Positions 1 through 9,045 of a DNA stretch of 64,000 bases are shown in pieces. A model generated the notes under the pieces. That model ran no database searches. It worked only from the letters and a program-made list of their open reading frames with translations, and was not told where the DNA came from. Made by a program: the position numbers and the translations under genes. The DNA lies in contig OZ246958.1 of assembly GCA_965232115.1 (NCBI GenBank), positions 52,481-116,480 of the forward strand, given 5' to 3'. Every line of letters starts with the position of its first letter. The first letter of the stretch is position 1. The stretch is from Candidatus Poribacteria bacterium (lineage in GTDB: Bacteria > Poribacteria > WGA-4E > WGA-3G).

Positions 1-16
1 GAATATTACTCATTGT

Positions 17-1942
17 TTATTCCTCAAGGTTTGATTGCTGATAGTACTGCCCAAGGACTTCATTTGCCAGACTTCTGCCGTCCTCAATGACGCGAGCGGC
101 GAAATCAAGCGTAACTTCGGTGACATTGTTCTCTTGTGCTCGCTGTTCAATGCGCGTCTGGGTGATATTCCGCATGAATCCAGCAGGTACTAAGTTCAAA
201 CGTTCAATGGCTTCTTGAGTCCATTGCACTGGGCTCTCAAAACTTTGCCCGACCTCAGCAGTGTTCTGGGAGTCTGTTGTCTGTGACTGCACAGCTCTGA
301 GTTCGGGCGCATCTTCACGCACAGCTGCGGCTTCACCCATACTGTCGTTAATGATCTCGGTTGCAAAGGCGTTGGTAATCGTCCCAATCTTTTGGGAACG
401 TGCCGATTTCTCGATTCGCGCTTTGACGTTTCGGCGCATATAGCCGCGGGGTACACGACGGAGTGCTTTTTTCGCTTGTTCTGACCACTGGAGCCGCACA
501 CCATCAAATGTTTCCTCTTCCGCAGCACCACCTTCATCCACAGCGATATTTTGGAGTGAACCTTTATCCACCCTCTGGAACCGTTCTGGCGCAGCACTAC
601 AGACGGGACACTGGACGGGGTGTTGGTTGTGGGCAGCGTAGCCGCATTCGCCACAAATGTACGTCTGCACGGCCTCGGATTCCAAGACTTTCTGCTCGGC
701 GATCTCTTTTGCGACGCGTGTCAGTCTCTCAGAGGCACGCTGTGGCATAATTGCCTCCATCGCCTTGTCAATGACGCTTTCGGTGATGACCGAATGCCCG
801 CGTTCTATGGCAAACCGATGAACCGCAGTCTTCGCGATACCACGCACCAATGGTGGTGCCTTCTCCATTCTATCCAACGCTTCCTGCGTCCAGACGAGTA
901 TTTCCTCTGCTTTCACATCAATCTGTGGGAAATAACGTTGACTGACTAAAAGCACATTACAAGGTGCAAGGCGTAAGAGGTTCTCAGCGGTGCTACCGAT
1001 GTCTGCATCCTCTTCACAGTGAACTCCGATTCTGCCTAAAACCAGAAGCCACGGATTTGTCTTTCGGGTGTATTGTAAAATCTTTTCGTAGCCTTTCCCA
1101 TCGAGCAGCGTAATTTTTAGATTGTAGCCGTGTTCTTCTTTTGCGATAGAGCGTGCAACCTCAAGATGCGACTGATAGATTTTTGCCAACCCGGTATCAA
1201 TAACCTCTTCGTGAAGCTGCTCCTGTTCCTTAAATCTGAAAGTCCGTGCGGCACGTTCCGTCAGCACATTGACGACGGAATTGAAAACGATATAGTGAAG
1301 ATAGGGATCGTAGACCCCAACGGCTTCGACCTGTTTGTTGAGCTTCTGTCCGAGTTGGATAGCGGTTTTCAAACCTGAGAAAGACTCCGGACTTCCATCA
1401 ATCCCGACGAGGATATTTCCCTCATGTGCTTCAAGGGGTTCAAGGTCTCGAACAACGAGTGTGTCGGTATTAATACGACGGACAACCCGTTCACAGACCC
1501 CGCCGATGAGGCTATCTTTGACGGCACCCATACCGAGCGCGCCCATAATTACGAGATCGTAGTCGCTCGCCTTGATGTCCTCAACGAGTTTGATGTAGTG
1601 CTTGCCTTCGGGCATTTTCGCTTCAAATGGGATGTCAAGTTCGATGCACTTCTGCTTCATAACCTCCAGATAGGAATCGGAGATGAGTTGTAACCCCATG
1701 GTAATGAGTGTATCGTGAATTCGGCGTTGTTTTTCGAGTTCAACTTCGTCTTGGTACTCCTCTGGCAGGGTGTACTCCATCTGTTTAAAGCGGACATCGT
1801 GCATCTTTGCGGCGTAGACGTGCGAACCGACCAATTGAGATCCGAACTTCTTCGCGAACGCTATCGCTAAGGCGATACTGGCATCCGAGTAGTCCGAATT
1901 GTCAACGGGTACGTAGATTTTTTTTATCATGTTTTTCCTCAT
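17..1942 (-). CDS. Tandem universal stress protein (UspA) domains fused to a rubredoxin-type zinc ribbon and three PCP_red-like repeats
   Basis: 641-aa ORF. Two Usp-like halves (IYVPVDNSDYS..., ILVGIDGSPES...). Four-Cys knuckle CGECGY...CPVCS. Three repeats of type (V/L)xW(T/S)xEA...R(V/L)P..(F/Y)MR......RIE. Confidence 0.6.
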   Translation of the reverse strand: MRKNMIKKIYVPVDNSDYSDASIALAIAFAKKFGSQLVGSHVYAAKMHDVRFKQMEYTLPEEYQDEVELEKQRRIHDTLITMGLQLISDSYLEVMKQKCIELDIPFEAKMPEGKHYIKLVEDIKASDYDLVIMGALGMGAVKDSLIGGVCERVVRRINTDTLVVRDLEPLEAHEGNILVGIDGSPESFSGLKTAIQLGQKLNKQVEAVGVYDPYLHYIVFNSVVNVLTERAARTFRFKEQEQLHEEVIDTGLAKIYQSHLEVARSIAKEEHGYNLKITLLDGKGYEKILQYTRKTNPWLLVLGRIGVHCEEDADIGSTAENLLRLAPCNVLLVSQRYFPQIDVKAEEILVWTQEALDRMEKAPPLVRGIAKTAVHRFAIERGHSVITESVIDKAMEAIMPQRASERLTRVAKEIAEQKVLESEAVQTYICGECGYAAHNQHPVQCPVCSAAPERFQRVDKGSLQNIAVDEGGAAEEETFDGVRLQWSEQAKKALRRVPRGYMRRNVKARIEKSARSQKIGTITNAFATEIINDSMGEAAAVREDAPELRAVQSQTTDSQNTAEVGQSFESPVQWTQEAIERLNLVPAGFMRNITQTRIEQRAQENNVTEVTLDFAARVIEDGRSLANEVLGQYYQQSNLEE

Positions 1943-1968
1943 TTTTTATTTTTTTAGAAGAAACGAAC

Positions 1969-2241
1969 TCAATCTGCCTCGCTCTGTTCACGCGGTTTGT
2001 AGCGGGTCCCCAGAAAACCACCAAGTATGTGAGCAATCAGTGTTGCGGGCCATAAGTAAACCATTGCCGTCTGCCACTCCCAATCAAGAATAAAACGGCG
2101 GACGACGATGTTAATGACGATCGGAATGTAAAGACACCGACTCCACGGACGGCTTAATCTCTTAAAACGGACGCGAAAAAATCCGAACGGAAAGTGAACC
2201 AGAAAAACGGCAACGGAGATTAAGAGGTTCACATCCATCAC
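1969..2241 (-). CDS. Small hydrophobic membrane protein, unknown function
   Basis: 90-aa ORF with 2-3 hydrophobic segments. Its start overlaps the stop of the Sco1 gene by 4 nt (translational coupling). Confidence 0.4.
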   Translation of the reverse strand: MMDVNLLISVAVFLVHFPFGFFRVRFKRLSRPWSRCLYIPIVINIVVRRFILDWEWQTAMVYLWPATLIAHILGGFLGTRYKPREQSEAD

Positions 2242-2876
2242 TTCTGTAGGAGTGTTTTAATGTCGCGCCGGAGGCGTAACATCGCCGGTTTACTCCGACT
2301 GTCATAGTGATCATAGATCTGCCCGTCCGATGCTACAAGAACAAACCGTGTACTATGAAGGATTTCACTTCCTTTGTGTCCGGCGGCTAAACTAAAACCG
2401 TCTTTCGCTAATTCGTAAATACCTTCTTTCTCGCCAGTGAGAAAGTGCCAGCGTCTGTCATCCGCACCGTATTCTTTCGCATAGCGAGAGAGAACTTCTG
2501 AGGTATCCCGTTCAGGATCAACGGAGAAGGAAACGAAATAGACCGGGTCTGCGACGAATTCGGATTGGAGGCGCGCCATTTCCGAGGTCATTGCTGGGCA
2601 AATCGTTGGACAGTTAGTGAAGATAAAGTCTGCCACCCAAATTTTGCCCACCATATCCGATAACGCTAACGGCTTTCCCTGCTGATTGGTTAAACTAAAG
2701 TCAGGAACACTGACAGCAGTCTCTTTCGCTACTGTTGTCTCCGGTTTGGTGTCATAGGCTGACCACAAAGTGGCACCTGCAATACCGAGAATGATAACAC
2801 CCAACGCTACCCATACTAAGGTGCTTTTGTCGAGTCGGCGTTCAATTCTACTGGCATTACCGGTTTGTGTTTCCAT
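2238..2876 (-). CDS. SCO1/SenC family copper chaperone (thioredoxin fold)
   Basis: N-terminal TM anchor, CPTICP (CxxxC) copper motif, downstream conserved His (ILHSTRF). Sits in the cox cluster. Confidence 0.85.
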   Translation of the reverse strand: METQTGNASRIERRLDKSTLVWVALGVIILGIAGATLWSAYDTKPETTVAKETAVSVPDFSLTNQQGKPLALSDMVGKIWVADFIFTNCPTICPAMTSEMARLQSEFVADPVYFVSFSVDPERDTSEVLSRYAKEYGADDRRWHFLTGEKEGIYELAKDGFSLAAGHKGSEILHSTRFVLVASDGQIYDHYDSRSKPAMLRLRRDIKTLLQK

Positions 2877-2897
2877 ATTCGGAGCCCAACCAGTCTG

Positions 2898-3233
2898 TTA
2901 GTGCGCTGATGTATCAACGACTTCTGTGGGTATTTCTATTCCATCGAGCCTGTCCCCTGCGGTAAGGTCAGGCATCAGCATGATGACAAGAAAAACGCAA
3001 ATAAGGAACGGCGTTATCACGATAGCTGCCAAAGTTTTCCGCTCAAACTTCAGATGCATGAAATAGATAGCGACCAAAGCGGCTTTAGAACTCGCCAACC
3101 CGATGAGCAGAATAGCCTTCAGCACAATCGAGTATTCCGGTATCGCCACAGCCACCTCAATAATGGTGAGTGCAAGAAGCCACCAGAAAATTTTAAAGTA
3201 TTTTGGATGCTCTTTGTGTCCATTCTGTGCCAT
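2898..3233 (-). CDS. Cytochrome c oxidase subunit IV (prokaryotic COX4_pro family)
   Basis: 111 aa with three TM helices. Motif ...AALVAIYFMHLKFE... typical of CtaF/CyoD-like subunits. Lies directly downstream of CoxIII. Confidence 0.75.
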   Translation of the reverse strand: MAQNGHKEHPKYFKIFWWLLALTIIEVAVAIPEYSIVLKAILLIGLASSKAALVAIYFMHLKFERKTLAAIVITPFLICVFLVIMLMPDLTAGDRLDGIEIPTEVVDTSAH

Positions 3234-3247
3234 TTTTGTTCCTCCTC

Positions 3248-3898
3248 TTACAATAGATAAATGAAGGTGAAGACCATAATCCAGATAAGATCAACGAAAT
3301 GCCAATAAAGCCCGACAATTTCCACTTCATGGTTAAACTCAGCCGTATACCGACCTGACCACCCATTTCTCAATATAACGATCAGATAAATGACACCGCC
3401 TGTTACGTGCAATCCGTGGAAACCTGTAATTGCGTAGAAAGTCGGACCAAAAAGCGTTGACCCGCTAATCGCTGCCCCCGACAACCCGTGGTCAGGAATA
3501 CCGGTAAGCGTCAATCCATGGTGAATCAGATGGTACCATTCATAAGCCTGTAGTCCGAGAAAGATGAGTCCACCTAAAATTGTCAACCCCAGAAAATCGC
3601 ACATCCTTCCAACATTGCCGTTCTGAATAGACTCCAATGCCTTCACCATAGTGACACTGCTGCATATCAGCAGGAATGTCATAAACGCTGTCAGGTTAAT
3701 GCCGAGGATCTCGTCGGGTGGGACCCAACCGACGATACCGGCACCTGCTCGAACCGCCGCATAAGCCGCCAGCAAGGCACCAAAGGACATGGTATCCCCG
3801 ACGAGGAAGACCCACATGCCGAGTTTGCCAAGACTGTCCGGCGTAAGCGAAGGTTCGTATACGTCTTCAGTGTGATCTAAAGTGGTAGCGTGTTCCAC
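3248..3898 (-). CDS. ctaE: Cytochrome c oxidase subunit III
   Basis: 216 aa, polytopic. Motifs FYAITGFHGLHVTGG and YWHFVDLIWI are characteristic of haem-copper oxidase subunit III. Confidence 0.85.
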   Translation of the reverse strand: MEHATTLDHTEDVYEPSLTPDSLGKLGMWVFLVGDTMSFGALLAAYAAVRAGAGIVGWVPPDEILGINLTAFMTFLLICSSVTMVKALESIQNGNVGRMCDFLGLTILGGLIFLGLQAYEWYHLIHHGLTLTGIPDHGLSGAAISGSTLFGPTFYAITGFHGLHVTGGVIYLIVILRNGWSGRYTAEFNHEVEIVGLYWHFVDLIWIMVFTFIYLL

Positions 3899-3923
3899 TA
3901 TATTTAACTCCTTTATTCATTAT

Positions 3924-3958
3924 TAGTTGTCAGTTGTCGGTTGTTAGTTGTTAGTTAA
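3924..3958. repeat. Heptanucleotide tandem repeat (tagttgt/cagttgt/cggttgt/tagttgt/tagttaa)
   Basis: Five consecutive 7-nt units read directly in the spacer upstream of ctaE. Confidence 0.8.
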
Positions 3959-4220
3959 GGAGATTTCTGATGCGTAGCATACTTTTCTTTAACCCACTAC
4001 CGATGACCGATAACTTATAACCATTCCAATGTAAGAAAATCGTGCCGCCGACGAGCCCGAAAACCGTAAACGGCATCGCCATCATGAAAAGAATGCTCCA
4101 ATTAAAACCTTTATTAATAGGATCGTCAAGATTTTTACAGCCCGGACATGCCTCAAGATATGTCGGGGCTATGAGCATGACGAGTATCAAGATGGAAGTC
4201 CATAGAAAAAACCTTTTCAT
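3951..4220 (-). CDS. Small membrane protein with a periplasmic CPGC motif
   Basis: Internal ATG (MKRFFLWTSILILV...) chosen because the longer ORF overlaps the upstream CoxIII-like gene. Signal/anchor, then ACPGCKN, then a second TM helix. Confidence 0.4.
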   Translation of the reverse strand: MKRFFLWTSILILVMLIAPTYLEACPGCKNLDDPINKGFNWSILFMMAMPFTVFGLVGGTIFLHWNGYKLSVIGSGLKKSMLRIRNLLN

Positions 4221-4243
4221 TTTCAGTCTTCCTTTCACGACCT

Positions 4244-4840
4244 CTATAAGAGATATACCAATACGTAAAGAATCGGCCAGAGCGCGACAACAAAAATCCA
4301 ATAGATGGTGCAGGTATCAACGCCGACGTAACGTTCGGCGGAGAAACGCCCTGCAACTGCCATACCGTAAACGACCAGTAGCCATATAACAGCCGTTAGC
4401 ACATGAAGTGCATGGCATCCAATGAGTACATAAAAAATACCGCCGTATACACCCGATTGGAGCGTAAGCCCATTCCGAATGAGTTGCACCCATTCACTGC
4501 CCTGTACACCGAGAAATAGGACTCCCAACACACCTGTGATGAGAAGCCAACGCCGAAGCTGCTTCACCTGATCCCGCTGAATCGCACGATGCGCTTGGAA
4601 CATTGTGTAACCGCTCAGTAGCAGCAGTGCGGTATTGATACCAGTTATCATACGTGGGAGCTCAATCCCGATATGTGACGGTGGGGGCCAGGTAACATTT
4701 CCGACCCGAAACACAAGAAATGCCCCGATGAGCCCTGAGAACAGCATTGTCTCCGCACCGAGTAGGACTAAAACGGCTAATCGTGCGTTGCTTAGGGGTG
4801 GACGTTCACGAACTTCAACGTTATTCTGCGCCATTTTCAC
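4244..4840 (-). CDS. Second haem-copper oxidase subunit III family protein
   Basis: 198 aa, five TM helices. Motifs FYVLIGCHALHV and YWIFVVALW are paralogous to ctaE. Confidence 0.75.
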   Translation of the reverse strand: MKMAQNNVEVRERPPLSNARLAVLVLLGAETMLFSGLIGAFLVFRVGNVTWPPPSHIGIELPRMITGINTALLLLSGYTMFQAHRAIQRDQVKQLRRWLLITGVLGVLFLGVQGSEWVQLIRNGLTLQSGVYGGIFYVLIGCHALHVLTAVIWLLVVYGMAVAGRFSAERYVGVDTCTIYWIFVVALWPILYVLVYLL

Positions 4841-5075
4841 GTACCCGTCTCTTTACAATCCGAAGGACAATTTCAATGACCGCCACGAGAACAAGAAACG
4901 CCCCAATGATCCCCAGAACTGGCGTTTTAATGCTTTCCATCGCGCCTTCAACAGTAGGCGGTACTTTGCTACCCGTAATCATTACCCGCGTTGCGATGAT
5001 AAATAGCGCAACAAATAGCAGAGATAAAATAATACCAAGGCGACGATTTCGTTTGCGATGCTCTGGCGCGTTCAT
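4821..5075 (-). CDS. Small two-TM membrane protein, unknown function
   Basis: 84-aa ORF with two hydrophobic helices. Packed between ctaB and the CoxIII-like gene, with which it overlaps by 20 nt. Confidence 0.35.
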   Translation of the reverse strand: MNAPEHRKRNRRLGIILSLLFVALFIIATRVMITGSKVPPTVEGAMESIKTPVLGIIGAFLVLVAVIEIVLRIVKRRVRENGAE

Positions 5076-5088
5076 TTTATGTCAATTC

Positions 5089-6012
5089 CTAAATTTTATC
5101 CAATGCCATCGTGATAAATACCACCGGCAGATAGAGCAGTGAGGCGTACAACACATAACGTGCGGCTTTCACCGAGCGTGTACGCGACAAATAGATACCA
5201 ACTCCCAGAAACGCCAATCCAGATACCAGTGCCGTAAAGAAATAGATGCTACCAGCGACACCGTACAACGTCGGTAATAAACCTATACCGAGGAGTGCGA
5301 CGCAATTCACCACAATTTGGCGACCCGTACTCGCGCCATCGGGATGAATGACGGGTAACAGACGGAATCCGGCTTTTGCGTAATCCTCACGATAGATATA
5401 AGCGATTGCGAGCGAGTGTGGTAGTTGCCACAAAAAGAGTATCGTAAAGAGCACCCACGCTTCACCAGTCAACGAACCACGTGCCGCGACCCAACCGACC
5501 ACAGGCGGAAGCGCGCCCGGCACTGCACCAATGAGCGTACACAACGAGGTCTTCCGTTTAAGCGGCGTATAGAGAAACAGGTAACTCACAACTATCAGCG
5601 AGATAACAAAGCCGCTCAGGACGTTGACAATAAACGTCAGATAAAGCATCCCGCTACCCGTAAAAACAGCTCCAATAAGCAGTGCTGTCAACGGACCCAT
5701 CCTACCATCAGGGATTGGTCTTTCCTGTGTCCGTTCCATCAGTGCGTCCGCATCGCGTTCAAGGTATTGGTTAAGGCCTAAGACCCCTGCTGCTGTTAAT
5801 CCTGCACCGATCAGCGTATGCAAGCACCGAAGCCACTCGAAAGTCCGTGCACCGAGATAGAAACCTGCAGCGGTGGTAATGAGTATCATCACGACCAGTC
5901 GCGGTTTGCTGAGTTCAATCACATCGGCGATGCGCTGCACAAAAGTTGCATGCTTGGACGATGGGTTTGCTGTATTACTACTTTCTGGTAATGTCGCTGT
6001 TGTTGAACGCAT
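5089..6012 (-). CDS. ctaB: Protohaem IX farnesyltransferase (haem O synthase)
   Basis: UbiA-family polytopic protein. Motif NQYLERDADALMERTQERP matches the N..D.D..M.RT..RP signature. Confidence 0.9.
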   Translation of the reverse strand: MRSTTATLPESSNTANPSSKHATFVQRIADVIELSKPRLVVMILITTAAGFYLGARTFEWLRCLHTLIGAGLTAAGVLGLNQYLERDADALMERTQERPIPDGRMGPLTALLIGAVFTGSGMLYLTFIVNVLSGFVISLIVVSYLFLYTPLKRKTSLCTLIGAVPGALPPVVGWVAARGSLTGEAWVLFTILFLWQLPHSLAIAYIYREDYAKAGFRLLPVIHPDGASTGRQIVVNCVALLGIGLLPTLYGVAGSIYFFTALVSGLAFLGVGIYLSRTRSVKAARYVLYASLLYLPVVFITMALDKI

Positions 6013-6096
6013 CTTTTAAACTATTAAATCTGGTCACCGTTCCACTTCGTTCCACGGTGGTTTCCAATTAAGTCAACTGGATTTGGGTTATGAAAG
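6013..6096 (-). repeat. Conserved pre-start element, copy A (core CACCGTGGAACGAAGTGGAACGGTG on the coding strand)
   Basis: Core at 6035-6059. A shared flank ttatgaaag lies 29 nt away, as in copy B. The element ends ~22 nt upstream of the ctaB ATG. Confidence 0.7.
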
Positions 6097-6156
6097 ATCG
6101 CTTACAAATTTTGTATTGTTCAGTACCCTTACTGCTGTTGAATACGTTATCTTATC

Positions 6157-7092
6157 TCACTCTGTAACGAATGCCCTGCTCGTAGGTGCATCGACAGGGA
6201 CCGAGGCATCGGTGAACCTGTAAATCTTCAGGGTTAGGACAAAACTACTCACTAACATAAGTGCCCCGACCGCGACGTGCGCGGTCGTGATTGTCACCGT
6301 GAGCCCAGTTGCGAACGTTTCTCCCAAAGCCGTAAGTTTCGCGAAGAACGCCCCAGTACCGAGCATCAACTGGACCGCCAGCAGTCCGAGTAGTCCGAAT
6401 GCCATTGATGCAGCACTCTTCTGTGTCTCATGATTTGTGCCAAGGATACGCCTCGCCAACAAGAAGATATGTAGTGTGACCAAGAAGGCAAAAAGTAGAT
6501 GCATATCAAGTCTGCTTCCGGTATGTCGTAAAACCGCTCCAAAGATGAGTTGCACATAGATGAGGCATGTCGTAATCAGGCTTAACCGTCTCAATTTCTG
6601 TGCTGCGACGATTGGGGCTGCAGGCTTCTCTTGCCACCAGTCGCGAGAAGTGAACCACGCAATCCCACAGAGGAGCGCGAAAAATGCTTGTGCGAGACAG
6701 GCATGTACGATTGCGAAGTTGCGATTAATCTGCGTGACTCGAAGTCCACCGAGAACGCCTTGTACAACGACGGCGATGAGTGCAATGAGTCCGAGCCATT
6801 TCAGCCACTTACGGGAATCTCTTGCGAATATAAAGACTAACAGCCCAACAGTTAATATCCCAACGAGGGATCCCATGAGTCGATGGCTATGTTCATACAG
6901 AATGCCGCCTACCATTTCCGACAACGGATAGAGGAACATATTGTACCCGAAGGTTGTTGGCCAATCGGGTACAGCCAATCCAGAGTCGGTGCTTGTAACG
7001 ATCCCGCCGATAACAATCAACAGGAACGTCGCGCCTGCGGTGAGACGTGCCAATCTGTGTAGCCATGGGTTATAACTCACGTGTTGCTCCAT
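6157..7092 (-). CDS. ctaA: Haem A synthase (COX15/CtaA)
   Basis: Eight TM helices with conserved His pairs (YEHSHRLMG, VHACLAQ, LRHTG, TTAHVAVG). Start moved to MEQHVSYNPW because the upstream 30 codons are translated low-complexity repeat. Confidence 0.85.
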   Translation of the reverse strand: MEQHVSYNPWLHRLARLTAGATFLLIVIGGIVTSTDSGLAVPDWPTTFGYNMFLYPLSEMVGGILYEHSHRLMGSLVGILTVGLLVFIFARDSRKWLKWLGLIALIAVVVQGVLGGLRVTQINRNFAIVHACLAQAFFALLCGIAWFTSRDWWQEKPAAPIVAAQKLRRLSLITTCLIYVQLIFGAVLRHTGSRLDMHLLFAFLVTLHIFLLARRILGTNHETQKSAASMAFGLLGLLAVQLMLGTGAFFAKLTALGETFATGLTVTITTAHVAVGALMLVSSFVLTLKIYRFTDASVPVDAPTSRAFVTE

Positions 7093-7115
7093 GCCATATT
7101 CCCAGAAAAGAAAAA

Positions 7116-7188
7116 TGGAAGATTCTTGGTTGGAAGGTCGGAAGATTGGAAGGTTAGTATGCCCATTCTTCCATTCTTCCATTCTTCC
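7116..7188. repeat. Octamer-periodic imperfect palindrome (GGAAGATT-type arm versus CCATTCTT x3 arm)
   Basis: ccattctt is repeated three times at 7163-7186. The complementary ggaag(a/g)tt units lie at 7116-7153. Confidence 0.75.
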
Positions 7189-7201
7189 TTGCTATCTTCT
7201 C

Positions 7202-9025
7202 TTAGTCTCCACCTGTTGCGGGTGCATGTTCAGGCCGTGCTTGTGGAATCCAATCATCTTCTTCATCCGGGACGCTATATTCATAGGGACCGCGGTAGAC
7301 AGTCGGAATTTGACCGAAATTGCCGTGTGGGACGGGTGTCGGTGCTTCCCATTCCAGTGTATTGACGTGCCACGGATTCTGTTCGGCGACTTTTCCTTTG
7401 TACATGCTCCAGAAGAAGTTAAAGACGAGTATCAATTGTGCGAAACCGAGCGTGAACGCACTCATCGTGATAAAGATGTTCATGCCCTCAAAGCCTTGGA
7501 GGAACTCGTACTGCATCGGGTTGGAGATGCGTCGCATGTGCCCACCTACACCGAGAATATGCATCGGGAAGAATGTGCAGTTGAACGCGACAAAAGTCAA
7601 CCAGAAGTGAATTTTGGATAGCACATCGTTCATGTACCGCCCGTACATTTTCGGGAACCAGAAGATGATACCGCCGAAAATAGCGAATAGGCTTCCGCCG
7701 AACACAACGTAGTGAATATGCGCCACAATGTAGTAGGTATCGTGGATGAAGATGTCAACTGGCGTGTTTGCCATGTAGATACCGCTCAAGCCCCCAATCA
7801 CAAACATAGAGACGAAAGCGATACCGTGGAGCATCGGGGTTGTGAACCGGATGGAGCCTTTGAACATCGTGCCGAGCCAGTTAAATGTTTTGATAGCCGA
7901 TGGTACAGCAATAAGCATCGTTGTTGTCATGAAGATAGAACCGAGTCCGGGTCGCATGCCGCTCTGGAACATGTGGTGTCCCCAGACGATCCATCCCAAA
8001 AAGGCGATAGCAATCATAGCGTAGACCATCGAACGGTATCCAAAGATCGGTTTCCGTGAAAAAACAGCAATTAACTCAGAAGCGATACCCATACCCGGTA
8101 AGATAAGGATATAAACCTCAGGGTGTCCGAAGAACCAGAAAAGATGCTGCCACAAGAGGGGGTCGCCGCCACCTTCCGCCGTAGCCGTAAAGAACGTCGT
8201 CCCCGCAAGCCTATCAAAGACGAGAAGCACAATAGCGGACGAGAGTACGGGGAAAGCAAGTAGTAACAGGATCGCAACGATGAAAAGCGACCAGATAACC
8301 AAAGGCAACCGGAAGAACGTCATTCCCGGTGCGCGCATATTGATAACCGTTGTGATATAGTTAATAGACCCAACGAGCGAAGAAAGCCCCTGAACAAACA
8401 GACTCAATCCCCAGAGGATTTGGCCCCATTCGACCCCTGTCCACTGTGCAACAGAAGAGAGGGGTGCGTAGCCTGTCCATCCGGCTGCGGCGTGTCCACC
8501 CGGTACAAAGAATCCAATTGTCATGAGGACTGCGGCGAGGACTGCAAACCAAAAGGAGAGCATGTTGAGGATCGGAAACGCCATGTCGCGCGTTCCAATC
8601 ATCAAGGGGATTAGGAAATTTCCGAAGGCACCCACCAAAATTGGGACAACGACGAAAAATACCATAATAGTGGCGTGCATCGTGAACAGCATATTGTAAA
8701 ATGCGGGTTCGATGACACCGTTGGGCATGTTGACTTCAAGCCATTCCTCTTTTTCGGACTCATAGATGCGCTCCCACATTCTGTCGGCACCTGTTTCGAT
8801 TTCACCTTCCTCCATGTATTGTGTGGAAGCCCCGATAATCGGGAGCGGTCTTTCGGGATAGGCGAGCTGCCATCTAAAGAGGAGTGCCAACCCGCCACCG
8901 AGGAAGAACATAATCAGTCCATAGATAAGGAACTGTTTACCGATCGTCTTGTGGTCGAGTGAAAAAATGTATTTGCGAATAAAACTTTCTTCGTGATGGT
9001 GTGAAGTATGTTCATTATCGTGCAT
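7202..9025 (-). CDS. ctaD: Cytochrome c oxidase subunit I
   Basis: Motifs WFFGHPEVYILILP, HHMF and VAHIHYV. Start set at MHDNEHT (ATG 9025), preceded by AAGGAGA. Confidence 0.95.
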   Translation of the reverse strand: MHDNEHTSHHHEESFIRKYIFSLDHKTIGKQFLIYGLIMFFLGGGLALLFRWQLAYPERPLPIIGASTQYMEEGEIETGADRMWERIYESEKEEWLEVNMPNGVIEPAFYNMLFTMHATIMVFFVVVPILVGAFGNFLIPLMIGTRDMAFPILNMLSFWFAVLAAVLMTIGFFVPGGHAAAGWTGYAPLSSVAQWTGVEWGQILWGLSLFVQGLSSLVGSINYITTVINMRAPGMTFFRLPLVIWSLFIVAILLLLAFPVLSSAIVLLVFDRLAGTTFFTATAEGGGDPLLWQHLFWFFGHPEVYILILPGMGIASELIAVFSRKPIFGYRSMVYAMIAIAFLGWIVWGHHMFQSGMRPGLGSIFMTTTMLIAVPSAIKTFNWLGTMFKGSIRFTTPMLHGIAFVSMFVIGGLSGIYMANTPVDIFIHDTYYIVAHIHYVVFGGSLFAIFGGIIFWFPKMYGRYMNDVLSKIHFWLTFVAFNCTFFPMHILGVGGHMRRISNPMQYEFLQGFEGMNIFITMSAFTLGFAQLILVFNFFWSMYKGKVAEQNPWHVNTLEWEAPTPVPHGNFGQIPTVYRGPYEYSVPDEEDDWIPQARPEHAPATGGD

Positions 9026-9045
9026 ATTTATTGTTCTCCTTGCGC

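Noticed and set aside
3951-4301. Full 116-aa version of the small CxxC ORF
   Set aside because: Its first 27 codons overlap the 3' end of the CoxIII-like gene. The internal ATG at 4220 gives a clean signal-anchor start, so the shorter form is reported, still at low confidence.
6035-6059. The GTGGAACG-containing element as a sigma54 (GG-N10-GC) or ECF-type (GGAAC-N16-CGTC) promoter
   Set aside because: The spacing does not fit. There is no GC dinucleotide 10 nt after the GG, and no CGT(C/A)-type -10 at 16-17 nt from GGAAC in any copy.
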